From NCBI GenBank assembly GCA_963730935.1, contig CAVSTP010000002.1, positions 480,001 to 544,000 of the forward strand: DNA of 64,000 bases. The letters run 5' to 3'. This DNA is from an uncultured Nitrospiraceae bacterium (GTDB lineage: Bacteria > Nitrospirota > Nitrospiria > Nitrospirales > Nitrospiraceae). The notes below the pieces were generated by a model, which saw only the letters and a program-made list of their open reading frames with translations, searched no databases and was not told the DNA's origin. This document shows, one piece after another, positions 60,601 through 64,000 of the stretch (position 1 is its first letter; every line of letters starts with the position of its first letter). The position numbers were made by a program, and so were the translations under genes.

Positions 60601-61169
60601 ACATCGACGACTTGGCTGCGGTTTACAGGGTTTTGCACAACGGCGTCCACGGTTTTTAACCGGGGAAGCCGCAGATTGCGGGAGGCCCGAAAAGTTACTA
60701 ACTAAGCAATTCTGCTGATTCTACCATGTCTGCTGAACAGATGTCAAGGCTGCCCAAATCGGGATACGCCTGAGATTCATCACTTTGTAATGGTAACCGT
60801 ATCCCGAACCCCGTCCCTCTTAATTTGGAGGGAAATGGGAAGGTTGAATTGCTCTGACCAAGACCGCACTTTTTTCCCATCTTTCGACTCGATTATATCG
60901 CCATACAGGTTATCATTGCGAAGTATTTAGCGCATGCGCGAGAGCAAAGAGAATCACGTAAGGAATCACCACACTAGTAACTTTTCTAGTAAGAGTTTAT
61001 ACGTGCCCTTCACAAAGGAAAGAGCGGTGATTACGTGTTCACCGGACAATACGGGGAGCCTCTCACTGAGGCTGCAGTACGTAAAATGTGGTCGAAGCGA
61101 CCTACCTCGCCAACATTATTCAGGGCTATGCCGATTGGATTGATACGTTTCGGGAGAAGGGGGTGGACA

Positions 61170-61907
61170 ATGGTATGCACACGGCCACAAAACATCCTTT
61201 GGGTCCTCATCGGCCTTACGATGAGCTTCATTCTCCTAACGCTGGCTAGTTGCGCAGGTGGTGGAAATGACAATTCCAATGTCCCCCCAGCACAGACTAA
61301 TCAACCTATCCCGCCTAAAGAGCGAGCCCCGGAGCCGACGCCTACTACTCCTCCTCCACCACCGGAGGGGCATGTGTTTTTATCCGGTCTGACCATAAGC
61401 GGAGTCAGCGCCACGTTTACTGCGCCAGCTCCGGCAGATGGTGGGCAAACGCAAGTGGCGACGGTGGAAGGGCCTGATGGCAAGGATGACTACACCGCTA
61501 TTCGCGTACCGTGGGAAGATCGAGAGATCACGGTCTCCCTTCCGCATACCGGCACCGCGACGAATGCGATTGATGCGACTAATGCCCGCGTGACTCATGT
61601 TCTCACTGGTCTTGGAGTGCTGGAGGCGAATGTCACACGATTCGGCGATGTGCTGGCTGGGGAATCAGGAGAGGTCACGTTTACGGCACAGTATGACCTA
61701 GCGATGACGCCTGGGGCGCTCAAAGAGTCCTCCTATATGGAGGCGCGATTGATCTTATTGAATCGCAAAACCGATGAGTTGATCGTTGATTCAGTTGATG
61801 GAGGGTTGGGGGATAAGCAAGGGGAGCTGCGCGTAACCGCGCTCTTTTCTCCAGGTGATACCGGCAGTTTGTTTTTCGGCGTGACCTTGCATTCAGAGGC
61901 ACACTAA
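61170..61907 (+). CDS. cargo lipoprotein with Pro-rich linker and beta-rich domain
   Basis: Hydrophobic segment with lipobox LASC, then PAQTNQPIPPKERAPEPTPTTPPPPP; start uncertain. Confidence 0.75.
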   Translation: MVCTRPQNILWVLIGLTMSFILLTLASCAGGGNDNSNVPPAQTNQPIPPKERAPEPTPTTPPPPPEGHVFLSGLTISGVSATFTAPAPADGGQTQVATVEGPDGKDDYTAIRVPWEDREITVSLPHTGTATNAIDATNARVTHVLTGLGVLEANVTRFGDVLAGESGEVTFTAQYDLAMTPGALKESSYMEARLILLNRKTDELIVDSVDGGLGDKQGELRVTALFSPGDTGSLFFGVTLHSEAH

Positions 61908-61925
61908 TTAAGAAGGAGGAAAGCC

Positions 61926-62117
61926 ATGAGTGAGCATACTGACAGTAATAAAGCCAACGCCCGGCTTGTTCCAACTCCGTCGGTAGAATTCTCCACTCAT
62001 AGGTCTCCGCTGGCATTACTGCAATATCAACCGCAGCCGTCCCGTCAACCCTTCAACTGCACGTCGTTCACCCAAGGAGGCCAAACGCACACCACCTGTT
62101 ATTTGAGACTCGTTTGA
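61926..62117 (+). CDS. short ORF with strong RBS, possibly a gene remnant
   Basis: AAGGAGG 6 nt before ATG; no recognisable motif. Confidence 0.3.
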   Translation: MSEHTDSNKANARLVPTPSVEFSTHRSPLALLQYQPQPSRQPFNCTSFTQGGQTHTTCYLRLV

Positions 62118-62643
62118 TAAGGGTCCTCTTTCACACCGTCAAAATTTTGTGGCGCATAAGATGTGCGTAGGACCAGCTTGAGCTAACGCGATTGAATTTC
62201 CCCCCGTAGCCGGCTAAATCCTGGCCCAAATAAGGGACCCGTTCGCGTGGTGTTATTACATCCCACCACTCCCTTAAAGGGTTCAATCGTCGCATCCGAC
62301 ATGCCAAGGCGTCGATCATAGTGACTGATCATGGCTGACGTGTGAGTGAGTTGGTATTGCAAATCAATTTGTACCTATCTCAATATGGAGTACGCGAACT
62401 AAGGTTCATCTCAAATACCCACCACATTTCAGGAATACACGTATGAGTGAAGAGTTGTCTGCTAATCTGCCTATGCAATCATCACACAGTGAGGTATAAT
62501 ACCTAAGGCTTTGTTGCTTTAACAAGGCAATCGAAGATTTACCTCTTATGAGGTATTGATATGCCGTCTCTCCAAACGTAGTATTGCGCCCTACCATATT
62601 TTGTGACGCTTTATCCTCCCTAAAAGCGGCTAATCTTGGACTG

Positions 62644-64000
62644 ATGGAGTACAGACGCGAGATTGATGGACTCAGGGCTCTAGCCGTCCTGCCAGTCATA
62701 CTTTTCCACGCCGGCTTTCAGACCTTTTGCGGCGGATTCGTTGGCGTTGATGTCTTCTTTGTAATCAGCGGCTATCTGATTACGACAATCATTCTTGCTG
62801 AAAAGCAAGCTGGTCAATTTTCAATAATCAACTTTTATGAGCGAAGAGCACGACGCATTCTTCCTGCGTTGTTTGTCGTTATGATTGTTTGCTTGCCATT
62901 TGCTTGGCTTTGGTTGTTACCTCAACATTTGAGGAGTTTCTCGCAGAGCCTAGTTGCCGTATCAGTTTTTGCGTCCAACGTACTGTTTTGGCAAACAAGC
63001 GGCTACTTTGACCGCGGCGTAGATATGAAGCCGTTACTACACACCTGGAGTCTAGCGGTTGAAGAACAATATTATCTGTTCTTTCCAATTTTCCTAATGC
63101 TGACTTGGCGATTCGGTAAGCGTTTGACTTTGACACTGCTCGCTATCGTTTTTGCTGCAAGTATAGCGGCAGCACAATGGTTTTCATTTTATGACGCAGA
63201 GGCAGCATTTTATCTATTACCTACACGAGGTTGGGAACTTCTTGTCGGCGTGTTTGTGGCTTTTTATGCTTCAATTCACGTAAACCCAAGTCCAGCCAAA
63301 GGAGTAAGTGAGATTGGTGGTATCGTAGGTTTGCTACTGATCATATACGCCATATTCTCCTTTGATAAGCACACACCCTCCCCCAGTTTATATACATTGG
63401 CGCCAACAGTAGGCACAGCACTTGTCATTGTATGCGCTACCAAAAGTACTCTCGCTGGCAAGTTACTTGGAAATAAGATTCTTGTTGGTATTGGCTTAAT
63501 AAGCTACAGCGCATACCTATGGCATCAACCATTGCTAGCTTTTGTTAAACACAGGGTTGAGGGTGCGCCTAGTAAGCTCTTATTAGGAGGTTTGGTAGTC
63601 GGCGCTATAACCCTTGCCTATTTCACCTGGCATTACGTTGAGACGCCTTTTAGACACAAACAACGATTTGGACGAAAGCAAGTCTTTTTGCTCGGTACCA
63701 TCGGGGGTTTGTTCTTCATCAGCATTGGATTCATAGGCCACTTCGATAAAGGAAACTTTTTAAGGTTCGACAAAGAGAATTTCGCTCGAGGATTAGCGGC
63801 ACAAACCAACGAGAATAGAATGCGACAGATTTGTCGTATCGATAGCGTTGAGTCTCTTAATCTTCCCAGCGATCAATGCTGGTACGGAACTGGTGATTTT
63901 AAAATCCTGGTCTGGGGTGACAGTCACGTTGACACTACATCTCTGACTCTTTCCGAGGCATTGCCGATAGCGCGCGTATATCACGCTGGTCATGCGGCGT
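62644..64000 (+). CDS. acyltransferase-3 + SGNH O-acetyltransferase (OafA/OatA-like), 3' end beyond window
   Basis: Translated by hand and open to the window end: MEYRREIDGLRALAV, GGFVGVDVFFVISGYLIT, FYERRARRILPAL, HTWSLAVEEQYY, ISYSAYLWHQP, YVETPFR, KILVWGDSH. Confidence 0.95.
   Translation, partial: MEYRREIDGLRALAVLPVILFHAGFQTFCGGFVGVDVFFVISGYLITTIILAEKQAGQFSIINFYERRARRILPALFVVMIVCLPFAWLWLLPQHLRSFSQSLVAVSVFASNVLFWQTSGYFDRGVDMKPLLHTWSLAVEEQYYLFFPIFLMLTWRFGKRLTLTLLAIVFAASIAAAQWFSFYDAEAAFYLLPTRGWELLVGVFVAFYASIHVNPSPAKGVSEIGGIVGLLLIIYAIFSFDKHTPSPSLYTLAPTVGTALVIVCATKSTLAGKLLGNKILVGIGLISYSAYLWHQPLLAFVKHRVEGAPSKLLLGGLVVGAITLAYFTWHYVETPFRHKQRFGRKQVFLLGTIGGLFFISIGFIGHFDKGNFLRFDKENFARGLAAQTNENRMRQICRIDSVESLNLPSDQCWYGTGDFKILVWGDSHVDTTSLTLSEALPIARVYHAGHAA

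Larger units (their letters stand above)
55604..64000. mobile_element. integrated phage-satellite-like genomic island at tRNA-Leu(GAG); right end not seen
   Basis: Integrase abuts the tRNA 3' end; xis/AlpA HTHs, primase Zn finger, DUF3631 NTPase and iterons; composition becomes visibly more AT-rich. Confidence 0.85.

Noticed and set aside
60698..60880. 60-aa minus-strand ORF in the island control region
   Set aside because: It has no clear RBS or motif and cannot be supported as a gene.
60700..64000. attR direct repeat of the tRNA-Leu 3' end
   Set aside because: By eye I found no copy of TTCAAGTCCCGCCTTCGGCACCA or a clear sub-core. The right boundary is probably outside the window.

Overview
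Bacterial chromosomal window with a GC-rich core. Gene content and style suggest a Nitrospira-like organism; this is an inference and was not verified. Positions ~1-55,600 are mostly housekeeping: gcvT and gcvP, fabI, mug, arfB, an OmpR-family two-component system with degP, rimO, trmFO-xerC-argB, dnaX-ybaB-recR-dksA, SRP RNA (ffs), four tRNAs (Val-CAC, Ser-GGA, Leu-TAG, Leu-GAG), tig-clpP-clpX, mscL, tatA, pepA-nagZ, queE and several peptidases. From the 3' end of tRNA-Leu(GAG) at 55,603 to the window end lies an integrated, capsid-less, phage-satellite-like island. It carries a tyrosine integrase, an XRE regulator with a probably leaderless promoter, two excisionase/AlpA-type HTH genes, a TerS-like HTH gene, a stand-alone primase Zn-finger, a DUF3631-type NTPase split by one in-frame amber stop, a 9-bp-periodic inverted iteron array (putative ori) and a structured leader with a terminator. 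Divergent cargo follows: a lipoprotein and an AT-rich AT3-SGNH O-acetyltransferase that is missing from the ORF track because it runs off the window. Other notable items: a sigma54/IHF-controlled secreted peptide with three repeats rich in K/D/E; a tandem desulforedoxin-like protein with only three Cys per repeat; a TatA with a duplicated amphipathic helix; an orphan PvdN-like Tat enzyme; tandem degenerate PilZ paralogues; an internally deleted OmpA lipoprotein; and a MITE-like repeat in a tRNA leader.
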